A DNA stretch of 64,000 nucleotides from Syntrophales bacterium (GTDB taxonomy: Bacteria > Desulfobacterota > Syntrophia > Syntrophales > UBA2210), in NCBI GenBank assembly GCA_963662405.2, contig CAXXKT010000001.1, positions 448,001 through 512,000 on the forward strand, in the 5' to 3' direction. The notes beneath the pieces are model-generated. The model did no database searches. It was not told where the DNA came from and saw only the letters and a program-made list of their open reading frames with translations. Of the stretch, positions 1-11,427 are shown one piece after another. Position numbers and translations under genes: made by a program. Within the stretch, counting starts at the first letter, position 1. The number at the start of each line of letters is the position of its first letter.

Positions 1-541
1 ATACCCTTTTGTTGAACTGTTGACCGCCCTCATGGCCGTTCTCCTTTTTCGAAAATACGGCCTGTCTCTCGATTTTCTCTTTGCTTTTCTGTTCACCTGT
101 GCATTGATCGTTATTACTTTTGTTGACCTGAAACATCAGATTATCCCCGATGTAATTACCCTTCCGGGAATCCCGCTGTTTGCCCTGGCGGCAATTTTCT
201 TCATGGATATCACGATCAAGGATTCTCTGATCGGCATCCTCGCAGGAGGAGGGTTTCTGTATCTGGTTGCCATTACGTATCAACTCGTGACAAAAAGGGA
301 GGGCATGGGAGGAGGCGATATTAAACTACTGGCCATGCTGGGAGGATTTCTGGGGTGGCAATCCATTTGGTTTATCATCATGGCAGGTTCCATCGTCGGC
401 GCGGTCGCAGGCATATCGGTTATGATCTGGAAGGGGAAGGATACGCGATACCCCATCCCTTTCGGTCCGTTTCTTTCCGCCGCCGCCATGGGATACCTCC
501 TTTGGGGCGATCTATGCATGAAGCTTGTGCTCGTCAGGTAA
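1..541 (+). CDS. pilD: Type IV prepilin peptidase (5' truncated by window edge)
   Basis: ITFVDLKHQIIPD, EGMGGGDIKLLAMLG and IPFGPFL peptidase A24 motifs; frame open to the window start. Confidence 0.95.
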   Translation, partial: YPFVELLTALMAVLLFRKYGLSLDFLFAFLFTCALIVITFVDLKHQIIPDVITLPGIPLFALAAIFFMDITIKDSLIGILAGGGFLYLVAITYQLVTKREGMGGGDIKLLAMLGGFLGWQSIWFIIMAGSIVGAVAGISVMIWKGKDTRYPIPFGPFLSAAAMGYLLWGDLCMKLVLVR

Positions 542-972
542 AGGGGTTTACCCTCGTCGAAATGATGATTGTAGTATCCGTACTGGCAATCCTTGCCGCC
601 ATTGCGTCTCCGAATCTTCAGGATTATATGCGACAAAGGAGAGTCAGCGGAGCGGCAAGGCAGGTCATGTCGGACCTGATGGGTGCGAGGATGAAGGCGG
701 CGAATGAGAACAACCGATTCAAGGTATTTTTCCTGGATAATCACCGGTACAAGATACTTGACGACAACGATAATGACAACACGGAAGACACCGGAGAAAC
801 AACCACAATCAAGACCATTCAGAACGCATACCCCGATGTGACACTGAGCGCGACGGCTAATCCTATTTTCTATCCAAACGGAACCGCCTACGGCACAACC
901 ATCACTTTTACCAATGTCAGCGGTTCGAAGGATGTCAGCGTCTCAACGGCCGGCCGTGTCAAGATACAATAA
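514..972 (+). CDS. fimT: FimT/GspH-family minor pilin
   Basis: Class III signal KG|FTLVEMMIVV; C-terminal IFYPNG...VSTAGRVK typical of GspH/FimT; start moved to ATG 514. Confidence 0.85.
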   Translation: MHEACARQVKGFTLVEMMIVVSVLAILAAIASPNLQDYMRQRRVSGAARQVMSDLMGARMKAANENNRFKVFFLDNHRYKILDDNDNDNTEDTGETTTIKTIQNAYPDVTLSATANPIFYPNGTAYGTTITFTNVSGSKDVSVSTAGRVKIQ

Positions 973-1346
973 TGGGACATGACATGAAGAAAATAAACGA
1001 TTCAAAAGGTTTTACCCTTGTAGAAGTCATGATCGCCATACTGCTCCTCGCGGTGGGTCTCTTGAGCGTGGCAAGCGTGGCAACAACCGTCATAAACGGG
1101 AATAGACTCAGCCGATATATAACCACCGCCACCACCCTGGCCCAGGATAAGATAGAAACGCTCAAAGACACAAGCTATGCAAACCTCGGATCCAATTCCG
1201 ACACACAGCAACCCATCTATACGAGAACATGGACAACGACTGCCAACTCACCCGCTACCGGCATGAAAACGATCCAGGTAACGGTACAATTTCCATGGAA
1301 GGGTACGACCCATAGCGTTACCCTCAGGACGATAGTGGCAAAATAG
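972..1346 (+). CDS. pilV: PilV-like minor pilin
   Basis: KG|FTLVEVMIAILLL; AQDKIETLK; position in cluster. Confidence 0.8.
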   Translation: MGHDMKKINDSKGFTLVEVMIAILLLAVGLLSVASVATTVINGNRLSRYITTATTLAQDKIETLKDTSYANLGSNSDTQQPIYTRTWTTTANSPATGMKTIQVTVQFPWKGTTHSVTLRTIVAK

Positions 1347-1348
1347 CG

Positions 1349-2017
1349 ATGGAAACCATATATCGAAGAGCAGGACGCGTCAGGCGGCAATCCGGAAGAC
1401 GTGACGGAGGGTTTTCCCTTATTGAACTCCTCATCGCCATGTCGGTCGGCCTGATCGCCCTGGGCGCCATGTACGGTGTCTTTAACATGCATCGCAAAGC
1501 CCTCGACATTCAGGAACAGATCGCCGAGATGCAGCAGAGCACCCGGGCCGCGATGGAGTTCATGTCCAGAGAATTGCGCATGGCAGGGTATAACCCCAAA
1601 CCCCATCTCAACCCCACGGGTTTGGTTGTGGGGATTCAAACTGCCACATCCAGCAGCCTGACGTTCTCTCTCGACATACGGGGCGACGACGAGGGCGACC
1701 CCCCTGATGGAGACACCGGTGATTCGAATGAGTATATCACGTATTCACTCTATACCCCGGAGGACGGTATACAGAAACTCGGACGAAGATCGACAACCGA
1801 TGCCACGTATCAACCGATTGCCGAGCACATCCAGTCCCTCACGTTTCAATACCAGGACACAAACGGCACTACGACGGCCAGCACAACGGCCATTCGCCGG
1901 ATACAGATCACCATCACCGCACGGACAGCGAAACCGGATCCGGGATACGCTTCAAATAGCGGTTACAGAACATACACCCTTACATCCGTTGTTGCCCCGA
2001 GAAATCTCGGCCTATAA
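1349..2017 (+). CDS. pilW: PilW-like minor pilin
   Basis: GG|FSLIELLIAM; RELRMAGY; C-terminal PRNL. Confidence 0.8.
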   Translation: METIYRRAGRVRRQSGRRDGGFSLIELLIAMSVGLIALGAMYGVFNMHRKALDIQEQIAEMQQSTRAAMEFMSRELRMAGYNPKPHLNPTGLVVGIQTATSSSLTFSLDIRGDDEGDPPDGDTGDSNEYITYSLYTPEDGIQKLGRRSTTDATYQPIAEHIQSLTFQYQDTNGTTTASTTAIRRIQITITARTAKPDPGYASNSGYRTYTLTSVVAPRNLGL

Positions 2018-2031
2018 GGGAGAAGGACACC

Positions 2032-3279
2032 ATGAAACGCATCAAGGCACTCTGCGGGAACGAACAGGGGGTGGCCCTCGTAACGGTCCTCCTCCTGGTT
2101 GCGACCCTGACCATTTTAGGGACAACCGTTGTCATACAAACATCCACCGATCTCAAGATCGCCAGCAATTTCGAGACCGGCAAAGAGGCCTTCTATGCCG
2201 CGGAAGCGGGCATCGAAGAGGGGCGGGCACGGCTCCGCAAATATGCGACAGGAGCCATCGGCGACGGTCACCCAACCTCAACTCAGTGGCGGGCCTATAT
2301 CGGGACCGATGTCAAGGCCCAGGGAAAAGGATACGACAGTGAGAACGTCATGCACGTCAAGACGAGCAGCCTCCAGTCCACACTGGATTACGTCGTCGTC
2401 ATACGGCACCAGACGGATGACTCCGGTAATATTTTATACTGGGGAGATGCCGACGGCGACGGAACGAGTGAACGAAGCACAACGCCCGGGCAGAACATCT
2501 ATCTGATCAACAGCTATGGCACGTTCGGCACCTCGGTCAAGACGATCACGGCAGAGGTAACCCGGGTCCCGCCGATCACGGTTCCTTCCGCCCTGTACGT
2601 CGAAGATGATACCTCTATCAGCGGCACCAGCACCTATGTTTCCGGCAACAATGCCTGCGGAGCAACCGGCGACAAACCGGGGATCAAGACAACGGATAGT
2701 GAAGCTGACGATTCTATCACCCCGAACGGCAACCCCACCATCGAGGGCAATCCCGCCATCGAATACAGCGGGGCGGATCTGGATATCCAGAGTATGGTCA
2801 ATTCCGTCAAGGGTGCCGCCGATTTTTCGTATACCGTCGACAGTGTAACCCATACGGCAGATACCGTCCCAGGTCCGGGGGACGGATGGGGAACACCAAC
2901 GGGCGGCGCGACCCAAAACGACCCCTCCTCCTGCAGTACCGGGAGCATCGTTCACTACGACACGCAGGGTACCTCCGTCAAGCTGAGCGGCGGCACAAGC
3001 GGATGCGGGATCTTGGTCGTTGAGGGCGATCTCGAACTCAGCGGCGCTTTTTCATGGTACGGGATCATCATCGCCACGGGATCGATCAGATTTACCGGCG
3101 GGGGGCCGGGTGACAAAAATGTCACCGGAGGGATCCTGTCCGGGGCATCGGTTGACGCCGATATGGACACGACGATATCGGGGGGCGTCAGCATCATCTA
3201 CTGTAGTACGGCCGTGGAAAATCAGACGCAGAACGCGCCCTTGAAAATGCTGAGTTGGAGAGAGGATCTTATGCCTTAG
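2032..3279 (+). CDS. pilX: PilX N-terminal-domain pilus assembly protein
   Basis: EQG|VALVTVLLL lacking Glu5; AFYAAEAGIEEG PilX_N motif; C-terminal LSWRE. Confidence 0.8.
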   Translation: MKRIKALCGNEQGVALVTVLLLVATLTILGTTVVIQTSTDLKIASNFETGKEAFYAAEAGIEEGRARLRKYATGAIGDGHPTSTQWRAYIGTDVKAQGKGYDSENVMHVKTSSLQSTLDYVVVIRHQTDDSGNILYWGDADGDGTSERSTTPGQNIYLINSYGTFGTSVKTITAEVTRVPPITVPSALYVEDDTSISGTSTYVSGNNACGATGDKPGIKTTDSEADDSITPNGNPTIEGNPAIEYSGADLDIQSMVNSVKGAADFSYTVDSVTHTADTVPGPGDGWGTPTGGATQNDPSSCSTGSIVHYDTQGTSVKLSGGTSGCGILVVEGDLELSGAFSWYGIIIATGSIRFTGGGPGDKNVTGGILSGASVDADMDTTISGGVSIIYCSTAVENQTQNAPLKMLSWREDLMP

Positions 3280-3305
3280 CAGGAGGGCGCCTGTTTAAGA
3301 TTTTT

Positions 3306-3845
3306 TTACTTCTCTTTCCACCATCCATTCGGAAGTTTTCCCCTGTTCTTTTCTTTGACCTCGTCCGTCAGGGCATATATCTCGGTGGTGAGCCTCCTCA
3401 TTTCCTTTTGCTCTCTCTCCTTGGCTTCCGCATCTCTTTTGCTTGTTGCCTCTCTGAGTCTCTCAAGCGTTCGATCAAGTTCAGCGGCGAGCCGTTCCTT
3501 TTTCTCCATATACAAAGGGATATCTATCTGTTCCTGTTCCTCTTTCCCTGTATCCTCGCGACTATTCGTTCCGGAAGGGGGTACCGTTGTCTCCTGTTCA
3601 ATCCCGGATTGTGCGTACCGTAGGTTTTCCGGGATCACCTTGTCTATGGTCATGATCGAATCCTTCCCAATACCCATAACCCCATCGTAGATGTAAAAGC
3701 GCACCTCCCCCCCTTCCCGCCAGTACTTGAGGGTCGTGAATTCGCCTCCATTCTTCAGGGAGATCCGCCAAGCATCCGAACCTCCCGCGGGGGCCGCGAG
3801 GAACAGGACCATGATACCGATAAGTGCCAGATATTTTTTCTCCAT
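3306..3845 (-). CDS. Exported hypothetical protein with C-terminal coiled coil
   Basis: Signal peptide MEKKYLALIGIMVLFLAAPAGG; ISLKNGGEF motif; charged helical C-terminus. Confidence 0.7.
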   Translation of the reverse strand: MEKKYLALIGIMVLFLAAPAGGSDAWRISLKNGGEFTTLKYWREGGEVRFYIYDGVMGIGKDSIMTIDKVIPENLRYAQSGIEQETTVPPSGTNSREDTGKEEQEQIDIPLYMEKKERLAAELDRTLERLREATSKRDAEAKEREQKEMRRLTTEIYALTDEVKEKNRGKLPNGWWKEK

Positions 3846-4036
3846 GATTCCCGGAGTATAACAGCATGTGGAGCTTGAAGACAATAGGAAAAGTGATCCG
3901 CACGGGCACACTTTTCCATGGGGAAAAACCCTCCCTGCAAAGCGCAGAAAAATATCAAAACCTCTTGACTCGAAAGGACTGTATAGATATATTGGGAACC
4001 GATAGGGAAAATCGAGCTACCGGAAGGAAGGGACTT

Positions 4037-4228
4037 ATGGGTACCGAAAAGAGATACTGCTCCATATGCGCGTGGAGGGGGACCTGTGCAAAGCGGTTTT
4101 TCTGTTTCCAAGGATGCCAGCGGGAGGGGTCCACTGTCCTGATTATACGAGGGACCCTCGAGATCAAAGATCATGACATTGATGGAATAATCAACCAAAG
4201 CGAACACGTAGAATTGCAGGGGAAATAA
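4037..4228 (+). CDS. Small Cys-rich, putative metal-binding protein (CxxCAWRxxCxKxF...CPDYTRD), apparently with three compensating +1 indels
   Basis: SD-like GGAAGGGA before ATG 4037; removing one base from TTTTT, GGGG and CCC runs gives MGTEKRYCSICAWRGTCAKRFSVSKDASGRVHCPDYTRDLEIKDHDID. Confidence 0.6.
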   Translation: MGTEKRYCSICAWRGTCAKRFFCFQGCQREGSTVLIIRGTLEIKDHDIDGIINQSEHVELQGK

Positions 4229-4320
4229 CAACGGCGTAGCAACGAGCCATTTGAGATTCAGCAAAAAGGTTGGCCTCCGGGCCAACTTTTTCGTTTTCTA
4301 CGCGACCGAGAAACGATCAT

Positions 4321-5985
4321 ATGAAAAAGAAACTCGTCGGATTACTGGAGCAATCTATCCATTCCTCCTTGAATAAAGGGACATTAAAAAAAACGGATAT
4401 CCCTTTCATAGAAGTCGAACTTCCGCGTGAAGGTACCCACGGTGATTACGCATCGAACATAGCCATGGTACTCGCCTCCAGTCAGAGGGAAAATCCCCGG
4501 AAGATCGCCGAACGCATCGTCGAGAACATCGATGACGGTGAGGGGATCATCGATAAGATAGAAATCGCTGGCCCCGGTTTTATCAATTTTTTCATTGAGA
4601 AAACCGCATGGGCCACCCTCCTGAAGGAGGTAGATGCGCAGGGAGACCACTATGGTGAATCCACCCTCGGGAAGGGGGCAAAGATCCAGGTTGAGTTTGT
4701 CAGCGCCAACCCCACGGGGCCCTCTCCATATCGGGCATGCCAGAGGTGCCGTTATCGGCGACGTCGTTGCCAGCATCCTTCAGGCATCGGGGTTCTCCGT
4801 ATCCAGGGAGTACTATATCAATGACGCCGGGAACCAGATGAATACACTGGGAGAATCCGTTTACTATCGCTACCTGGAACAGATGGGGGAGACCGTTTCC
4901 TTCCCCGAAAGCTGCTATCAGGGAGGATATATCGCGGAGCTCGCCCGTGAGGTACACGACCAGTTCGGAAACCGGTTCCACTCCGACAGAGAGGCGGCTA
5001 TCCCCTTTCTGACGGAGTATGCTGCAGGATCCATCCTTGAGGGGATCAAGGAAGATCTCGAGACGCTGGGGGTGGTTTTCGACCGTTATTTCAGTGAAAA
5101 GGAACTTCACGAAAACGACAATGTCACACAAGTCATCCGCAAGCTTCAGGAAGAAGGCTTCATATACGAGGAGGGTGGCACGCTGTGGTTCAAGACGACG
5201 GATTTCGGGGACGAGAAGGACCGAGTCGTCGTCAGAGAAAACGGCGAACCGACCTACTTTGCGGGCGATATCGCCTATCACCTGAATAAATACACGCGCG
5301 GCTTTGATAAGGTCATCAATGTCTGGGGAGCGGATCATCACGGATATATTCCACGGATGCAGGCGTGTATCCAGGCACTCGGCAGGAGGAAGGAGGATCT
5401 GGAGGTTGTCTTGGTGCAGTTGGTCAACCTCCTCAGAGGAGGCGTTCCCGTCCCCATGTCGACCCGGGCAGGCGAATTCGTCACCATACGGGAGGTGACT
5501 GATGAGGTGGGAAAGGACGCGGCCCGGTATAATTTTCTGATGCGCAGATCGAACAGCCACCTCGACTTTGACCTGGAGATCGCGAAGGCGCAGTCAAATG
5601 AAAACCCCGTCTATTACGTTCAGTATGCACACGCCAGGATCTGCAGCATTATGAGAAACGCCGTGGAACAGGGGCATCTGATCCCGGTATTCGGCGATAT
5701 CCGGCTCGACCTCCTGACGACCGCGGAAGAACGTGAGCTCATCAAGATCATAGGCTCATACCCTGAGATCGTCGAGGGAAGCGCACAGACCCTTGAGCTA
5801 CATCGTATCCCCGTATTACATCAACGACCTCGCCTCCGTCTTCCACAGTTTTTACAACAAGCACCGGGTTGTTTCGGACGATAGCGAGCTGACACAGGCA
5901 CGGCTGTTTTTGATCAAATCCGCCGGAAACCGTTATCCGCAATGCCCTCAGATTATTGGGCGTTTCAGCGCCGGAACGGATGTGA
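4321..5985 (+). CDS. argS: Arginine--tRNA ligase (three apparent +1 homopolymer frameshifts near 4717, 5810 and 5928)
   Basis: [23 protein letters not shown] (HIGH), [22 protein letters not shown], terminal GVSAPERM*. Confidence 0.95.
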
Positions 5986-6027
5986 GAGCAAACTTCTCTC
6001 AGACTCATCCATGACAAGGGTAAATCA

Positions 6028-6672
6028 ATGTCGAAGAAAACGGAAGAGTTTGAATTCAAGCTGAGCAGATCCGGCCTGACCTTTTTCACCTTTGTCATTG
6101 CGGTCGTTTTATTGCTTTCTTTCGCCGGCGGGGTGATCGTCGGAAAGAATATAGAAAGTTATCCGGAAAAGATTGCAAAAGGGCTTCCAAACGTCATAAA
6201 GAAAACCATTGCCAACCGTATTGATGTCGCGTCAGGCACAAATGAGGAGAACGTAGCGAAGAAACATATCACTCCTCCTGATACGGAGCCGGATGGGGAA
6301 AAGATTGAATTTACCTTTTACGACAGGCTCAAAAAAACCGATGCGGAAGTAAAGCAAACCGCTACTGCCGATGAAACCCTCTCCCCGGATACGTTGTCTC
6401 ATGTCCCGTCCCCCAAAAAGCTAAAGGGCCTCTACACGGTCCAGGTAGCCTCCTTCAGGGACAAAGAAAAGACAGTGCGATTGAGGGGTGAGTTATCCGA
6501 CATGGGATGTGCTCCCCGGGTGGACGAGGTCACCCTGAAATCCGGAAAATGGTTTCGCATAAAACTGGAAGGCTTCGACACCTATAACGAAGCCGAAAGG
6601 ATTGCATCTCGTGTGGAGGACAAGATCAAAGGGGTCAAGTGTCTCATCAGAAAAAACAGAGAATCGAGATAA
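6028..6672 (+). CDS. SPOR-domain cell division protein (FtsN-like)
   Basis: N-terminal TM, FTFYDRL, YTVQVASF SPOR motif; downstream of argS. Confidence 0.85.
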   Translation: MSKKTEEFEFKLSRSGLTFFTFVIAVVLLLSFAGGVIVGKNIESYPEKIAKGLPNVIKKTIANRIDVASGTNEENVAKKHITPPDTEPDGEKIEFTFYDRLKKTDAEVKQTATADETLSPDTLSHVPSPKKLKGLYTVQVASFRDKEKTVRLRGELSDMGCAPRVDEVTLKSGKWFRIKLEGFDTYNEAERIASRVEDKIKGVKCLIRKNRESR

Positions 6673-6678
6673 AACGGT

Positions 6679-8012
6679 ATGTTTGAAAATCTGACTGAAA
6701 AGCTGGATACGGTCTTTAAAAAGCTGAAGGGCCGGGGCGTCCTTGACGAGGAACACGTCGCGGCCGCCATGAAAGATATCCGAATGGCGCTCCTTGAAGC
6801 TGATGTCAACTTCAAGGTCACCAAGGAATTCATCCGGGATGTCAGTGAGAGGGCCATCGGCCGCGAGGTCCTGGACAGCATCACCCCCGGACAACAAATC
6901 GTCAAGATCGTCCATGACCGACTCATCGAACTCATGGGGACGGAAAGCAGCCATCTGAATCTCTCCAACCGCTTCCTGCCCCGGTCATGATGGTTGGCCT
7001 CCAGGGATGTGGGAAGACAACTACCGCCGCAAAGCTGGCCCGGCATCTCAAAGACCAGGGCCGCCGCGTTTCTCTCGTTTCCGTAGATATCTACAGACCG
7101 GCGGCGATCGAACAGCTCAAGATACTCGGTGACAAGATCGGGGTTCATGTCTACGACTCACAGGGCCGAAACGATCCGGTACAGATCTGTATCGACGCGG
7201 TTGAAGACGGAAAGGCAAACGGCTACGATACGCTCATCATCGATACCGCGGGGAGGTTGCACATCGATGATGAGTTGATGAACGAATTAAAACGGATACA
7301 GAAAGCGGTCGATCCGTCGGAGATTCTCTTCGTCGCTGACGCAATGACGGGGCAGGATGCCGTCTCGGTGGCTGAAAAGTTCGACGAACTCCTGAACATA
7401 CAAGGCGTCGTCCTGACAAAAATGGACGGGGACGCACGGGGCGGAGCGGCGTTATCCCTGAAGAAGGTCATTGGAAAACCGGTCAAGTTCGTCGGGATGG
7501 GCGAGAAGACCGATGCCCTGGAAGTCTTCCATCCGGAACGGATGGCATCCCGGATTCTCGGTATGGGGGATATCCTGACCCTGGTCGAAAAGGCCCAGAC
7601 GACGATTGATGAAAAGGCCGCACGCGATCTCGAGCGGAAGATCCGTAAGGATTCGTTCACTCTGAACGACCTGAAAAAGCAGCTGGGGCAGATACAAAAG
7701 ATGGGATCGCTCCAGGATATCATCGGAATGATACCCGGTCTCGGAAAGATAAAGGCCCTGAAGGATGCCACGCCTGACAAGCGTGAACTGGTGAAGACAA
7801 CCGCCATTATTGATTCCATGACGGAGAAGGAACGCATCAATTACAAGATCATCAACGGCCAGAGGCGAAAAAGAATCGCCAACGGAAGTGGTACCACGGT
7901 GCAGGACGTCAACCGGGTCCTTAAAAACTATGTAGAGATGAGAAAGATGATGAAGAAGTTGTCAAAGGGGGGAATGAAATCGATGATGAGGGGAAATTTG
8001 CCCTTTAAATAG
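6679..8012 (+). CDS. ffh: Signal recognition particle protein Ffh (one-base deletion near 6972)
   Basis: MFENLTEKL, ALLEADV, GLQGCGKTT, DTAGR, TKMDGDARGG, M-domain RIANGSG. Confidence 0.95.
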
Positions 8013-8075
8013 AGAAAAAGATGTGATAATAGTAAGCGTTAATGTCGATAAAATCAGGAGGTGATAACCTACAGG

Positions 8076-8351
8076 ATGGCAGTAAAAATCAGATTAACGA
8101 GAATGGGCGCAAAAAAGAAGCCGTTTTATCGAATTGTCGTGGCGGAAAACGAGGCGCCGAGGGATGGAAGGTTCATTGAAATAGTCGGCAATTACGACCC
8201 GCTGAAGGATCCGGTCGAGATCAACCTCAAGGAAGGCCGGGTGGAGGAGTGGTTGTCGAAGGGAGCCAAACCGACCGAGACGGTCTCGAGTCTTCTCAAG
8301 AAGAAAGGCGTGGTACCGAAGACAAAGGAAGCGGAACAAGCACAGATGTAG
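8076..8351 (+). CDS. rpsP: 30S ribosomal protein S16
   Basis: [23 protein letters not shown]...PRDGRFIE. Confidence 0.97.
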   Translation: MAVKIRLTRMGAKKKPFYRIVVAENEAPRDGRFIEIVGNYDPLKDPVEINLKEGRVEEWLSKGAKPTETVSSLLKKKGVVPKTKEAEQAQM

Positions 8352-8414
8352 GGTTGTGGTGATACGGAACCATCTTCATCTTACTTATGCCAACAATCAC
8401 GGGGGGGTGCTGCG

Positions 8415-8645
8415 ATGAAAGATTTGGTCAAGTATATGGCTCAGGCTTTGGTAGATTATCCTGATGATGTTGAGTGTACCGAGGTGATCGGCGAGCAAAC
8501 TTCCGTCATTGAGCTGAGGGTTGCCAAGGATGATCTGGGGAAGGTCATAGGAAAACAGGGGAAAACCGCAAAGGCAATGAGAACCATCCTCAGCGCGGCA
8601 TCATCCAAGATACACAAGAGAGCGGTTCTCGAGATCATAGAATAA
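8415..8645 (+). CDS. khpA: KH-domain RNA-binding protein
   Basis: [17 protein letters not shown]; conserved position between rpsP and rimM. Confidence 0.92.
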   Translation: MKDLVKYMAQALVDYPDDVECTEVIGEQTSVIELRVAKDDLGKVIGKQGKTAKAMRTILSAASSKIHKRAVLEIIE

Positions 8646-9140
8646 GTGAGTGATCTGCTTGAGATAGGGAAGATCGTCAAATCCAACGGTCTGAAGGGCC
8701 GACTCAAGGTTCTTTCATATTGTGAATCGGCACAGGAGCTCGAAACGCTGGCGTGTGTTTTCGTTGGCGGGGATGTTGAACATGTATCCCCCTTCAATGT
8801 GAGTTATTTGCGCGCCAAGGGAGGATCTTTTTCTCTTGAGCTCGAAGGTGTCGAGTCCTTGGAGGCGGCCAATGGGTTGGTGGGACAATTGGTCTGCATC
8901 CCTCGGGAGCAACTCCCGGATGGTGAATACTACTGGAGCGATGTCATAGGGCTTGATATCGTGACCGAAGATGGCCGACGGTTGGGTCAGGTCGCAGCCG
9001 TTTTACCGACGGGGAGTAATGATGTGTACATCTGCAGGGGCGATGAAGGTGAGATCCTCATTCCGGCATTTGACGACGTGGTCCGAAAAATCGACATCGG
9101 ACAAGGCATCATGGTGGTGAGGCTTCCCGAAGGGCTGTAG
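8646..9140 (+). CDS. rimM: Ribosome maturation factor RimM
   Basis: [32 protein letters not shown]. Confidence 0.93.
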   Translation: MSDLLEIGKIVKSNGLKGRLKVLSYCESAQELETLACVFVGGDVEHVSPFNVSYLRAKGGSFSLELEGVESLEAANGLVGQLVCIPREQLPDGEYYWSDVIGLDIVTEDGRRLGQVAAVLPTGSNDVYICRGDEGEILIPAFDDVVRKIDIGQGIMVVRLPEGL

Positions 9141-9141
9141 C

Positions 9142-9882
9142 ATGGTTGCTTTTGATATCCTGTCCCTCTTTCCGGAGATGTTCCAGTCCGTCCTCGGCAG
9201 CAGCCTGATAAAAAAATCCGTCGACAGGGGCCTTATCGAAGTACATCTTCATAATATCAGAGATTACACGAGGGACAAGCACCGGACGACAGACGACACC
9301 CCATACGGGGGCGGCGGCGGAATGGTGATGAAGATCGAGCCGGTCGCCTGTGCGTTGGACATGATCGCTCCCGCCGGGGATAGGGCGCCCATCATTCTCC
9401 TTTCACCACAGGGGGAGCCTTTCAGGCAGGAGATCGCCGAAGAGCTTTCGCGTTGTTCCCGGATTGTCCTGATTTGTGGACACTATGAGGGGATAGACGA
9501 ACGGATCAGGGAACACCTCGTCGATAGGGAGATATCGATCGGCGACTATGTCCTGAGCGGGGGAGAACTTCCCGCCATGATCGTGGTTGACGCGGTTTCG
9601 CGTCTGGTGCCGGGTTTCGTGGGAAACAGCGAGTCGGTGCTGGACGATTCTTTTTCGACCGGCCTCCTGGAGGGTCCTCACTATACGAGACCCAGAGAAT
9701 ATCGGGGGTGGACGGTGCCGGAAATTCTCCTTTCGGGACACCAGAAAAAGATCGACGAATGGCGGCGCAGGGAATCCCTTAGACGGACCCTGACCAGAAG
9801 ACCGGACCTGTTTCAGGAAGCCGATCTTACGGAAGAAGACGAACGGGTCCTTGAAGAGATCAAAGGCGAAAAGGGACCCTAA
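9142..9882 (+). CDS. trmD: tRNA (guanine37-N1)-methyltransferase
   Basis: [34 protein letters not shown]. Confidence 0.97.
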   Translation: MVAFDILSLFPEMFQSVLGSSLIKKSVDRGLIEVHLHNIRDYTRDKHRTTDDTPYGGGGGMVMKIEPVACALDMIAPAGDRAPIILLSPQGEPFRQEIAEELSRCSRIVLICGHYEGIDERIREHLVDREISIGDYVLSGGELPAMIVVDAVSRLVPGFVGNSESVLDDSFSTGLLEGPHYTRPREYRGWTVPEILLSGHQKKIDEWRRRESLRRTLTRRPDLFQEADLTEEDERVLEEIKGEKGP

Positions 9883-9891
9883 GCGTATAGG

Positions 9892-10497
9892 ATGAGCACC
9901 GATAATCTTCACATTGCCCTTTTACATTACCCCGTCTATAACAAGCGGGGCGATATCGTGACAACGGCGGTCACCAATATGGATATACACGATATATCGC
10001 GGACCGCCCGGACATTCGGCGTCAAGCGGTTCTACATCGTGACACCGTTGGAGCAGCAGAAGAGGTATGTAGAACGCATTCTGTATCACTGGCAAGAAGG
10101 GTACGGCACCACTTATAACCCTTCAAGGAAAGAGGCCTTTGATATCGTGAGGGTAAAAGAAACCCTGGATGACACCATGGGTACCGTCGCGCGGGAGACG
10201 GGGGAAAAGGTCAATCTGGTGGTTACCAGTGCCTCGCGGCAGAGGGGGCATTCTTTAAGCTGTGGTGAATTATGGGAAAAGATATCACAGGGCAACGAGG
10301 CCTTTCTCCTCGCCTTTGGAACAGGGTGGGGCATAACCAGAGAGGTGATTGAAAAAGCCGATTTTTTAGTAGAACCGATACAGGGAGTTTCGGGTTACAA
10401 CCACCTGTCCGTCAGATCGGCGGCGGCCATCATGCTGGACAGGTTGTACAGACATAACGAGCAAGATGCTATTTCAGAGGAGGATTGTGCAACATGA
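9892..10497 (+). CDS. SPOUT-class SAM-dependent RNA methyltransferase (trmD-linked)
   Basis: [32 protein letters not shown]. Confidence 0.9.
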   Translation: MSTDNLHIALLHYPVYNKRGDIVTTAVTNMDIHDISRTARTFGVKRFYIVTPLEQQKRYVERILYHWQEGYGTTYNPSRKEAFDIVRVKETLDDTMGTVARETGEKVNLVVTSASRQRGHSLSCGELWEKISQGNEAFLLAFGTGWGITREVIEKADFLVEPIQGVSGYNHLSVRSAAAIMLDRLYRHNEQDAISEEDCAT

Positions 10498-10841
10498 ACG
10501 TTCTTGATACGATTGAAAGAGAACAGATGAGATTCGATATCCCCGCATTCAAGGCGGGGGACACCGTGAAGGTGCATGTAAAGATTGTTGAGGGACAGAA
10601 GGAACGCATCCAGATATTTCAGGGATCCGTCATACGCAAGCGTGCGGGGCAGAACCGCGCCACTTTTACCGTCCGTAAAATCTCTTCCGGTGTCGGCGTC
10701 GAGCGGACCTTTCCCATCCATTCCCCCATTATCGACAAGGTCGAGGTGGTGATGAGAGGTAGGGTGCGGCGATCAAGGTTGTATTACCTGAGAGACCTCA
10801 AAGGGAAAAAGGCGCGGATCAAAGAACTCGGCAGAAGATAA
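10494..10841 (+). CDS. rplS: 50S ribosomal protein L19
   Basis: [36 protein letters not shown]. Confidence 0.97.
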   Translation: MNVLDTIEREQMRFDIPAFKAGDTVKVHVKIVEGQKERIQIFQGSVIRKRAGQNRATFTVRKISSGVGVERTFPIHSPIIDKVEVVMRGRVRRSRLYYLRDLKGKKARIKELGRR

Positions 10842-10842
10842 C

Positions 10843-11427
10843 ATGGAGCTATACGAACTGCGCGCCCGCCGGCGTGGTTTTGATGCCATCGCCGGCGTCG
10901 ACGAGGCGGGGAGAGGACCTCTCGCCGGTCCCGTCGTCGCAGCCGCAGTCATCCTTCCTCCAGGATACACGAACGGGGAGATCAGGGATTCAAAAAAGCT
11001 GACTCCCCGTAAGCGCGAGATTCTTTATACCACGATACAACAAGACGCCGTCTGCATCGGCCTGGGGGTCGTCGAGGCCTCGATTATCGACAGGATCAAC
11101 ATCCTTCAGGCAACACTTGCGGCAATGAAGGCGGCCGTCTCCAATCTTGACCCCCGACCCGACTACCTCCTCATAGACGGAATAAACACTATCGATTCTT
11201 CTATCATGCAGGAGACGATCATCAAGGGAGATTCCCTGAGCCTTTCCGTGGCGGCCGCTTCCATTATCGCCAAGGTATCACGGGATCATATCATGGACCG
11301 CTACCATACCCTCTATCCCCATTATAATTTTATCAAGAACAAGGGGTACGGCACGAAGGAACACCGGGAGGCGATCAAGCTCTATGGCAGATGCAAGATT
11401 CACCGGAGATCATTCACGGTCAAATAA
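10843..11427 (+). CDS. rnhB: Ribonuclease HII
   Basis: GVDEAGRGPLAGPV, DSKKL, KGD...AASIIAKVSRD, KGYGT. Confidence 0.97.
   Translation: MELYELRARRRGFDAIAGVDEAGRGPLAGPVVAAAVILPPGYTNGEIRDSKKLTPRKREILYTTIQQDAVCIGLGVVEASIIDRINILQATLAAMKAAVSNLDPRPDYLLIDGINTIDSSIMQETIIKGDSLSLSVAAASIIAKVSRDHIMDRYHTLYPHYNFIKNKGYGTKEHREAIKLYGRCKIHRRSFTVK

Noticed and set aside
4700..7000. Programmed frameshifting or pseudogenisation of argS and ffh
   Set aside because: Essential genes with intact motifs and scattered single-base indels; sequencing error is simpler
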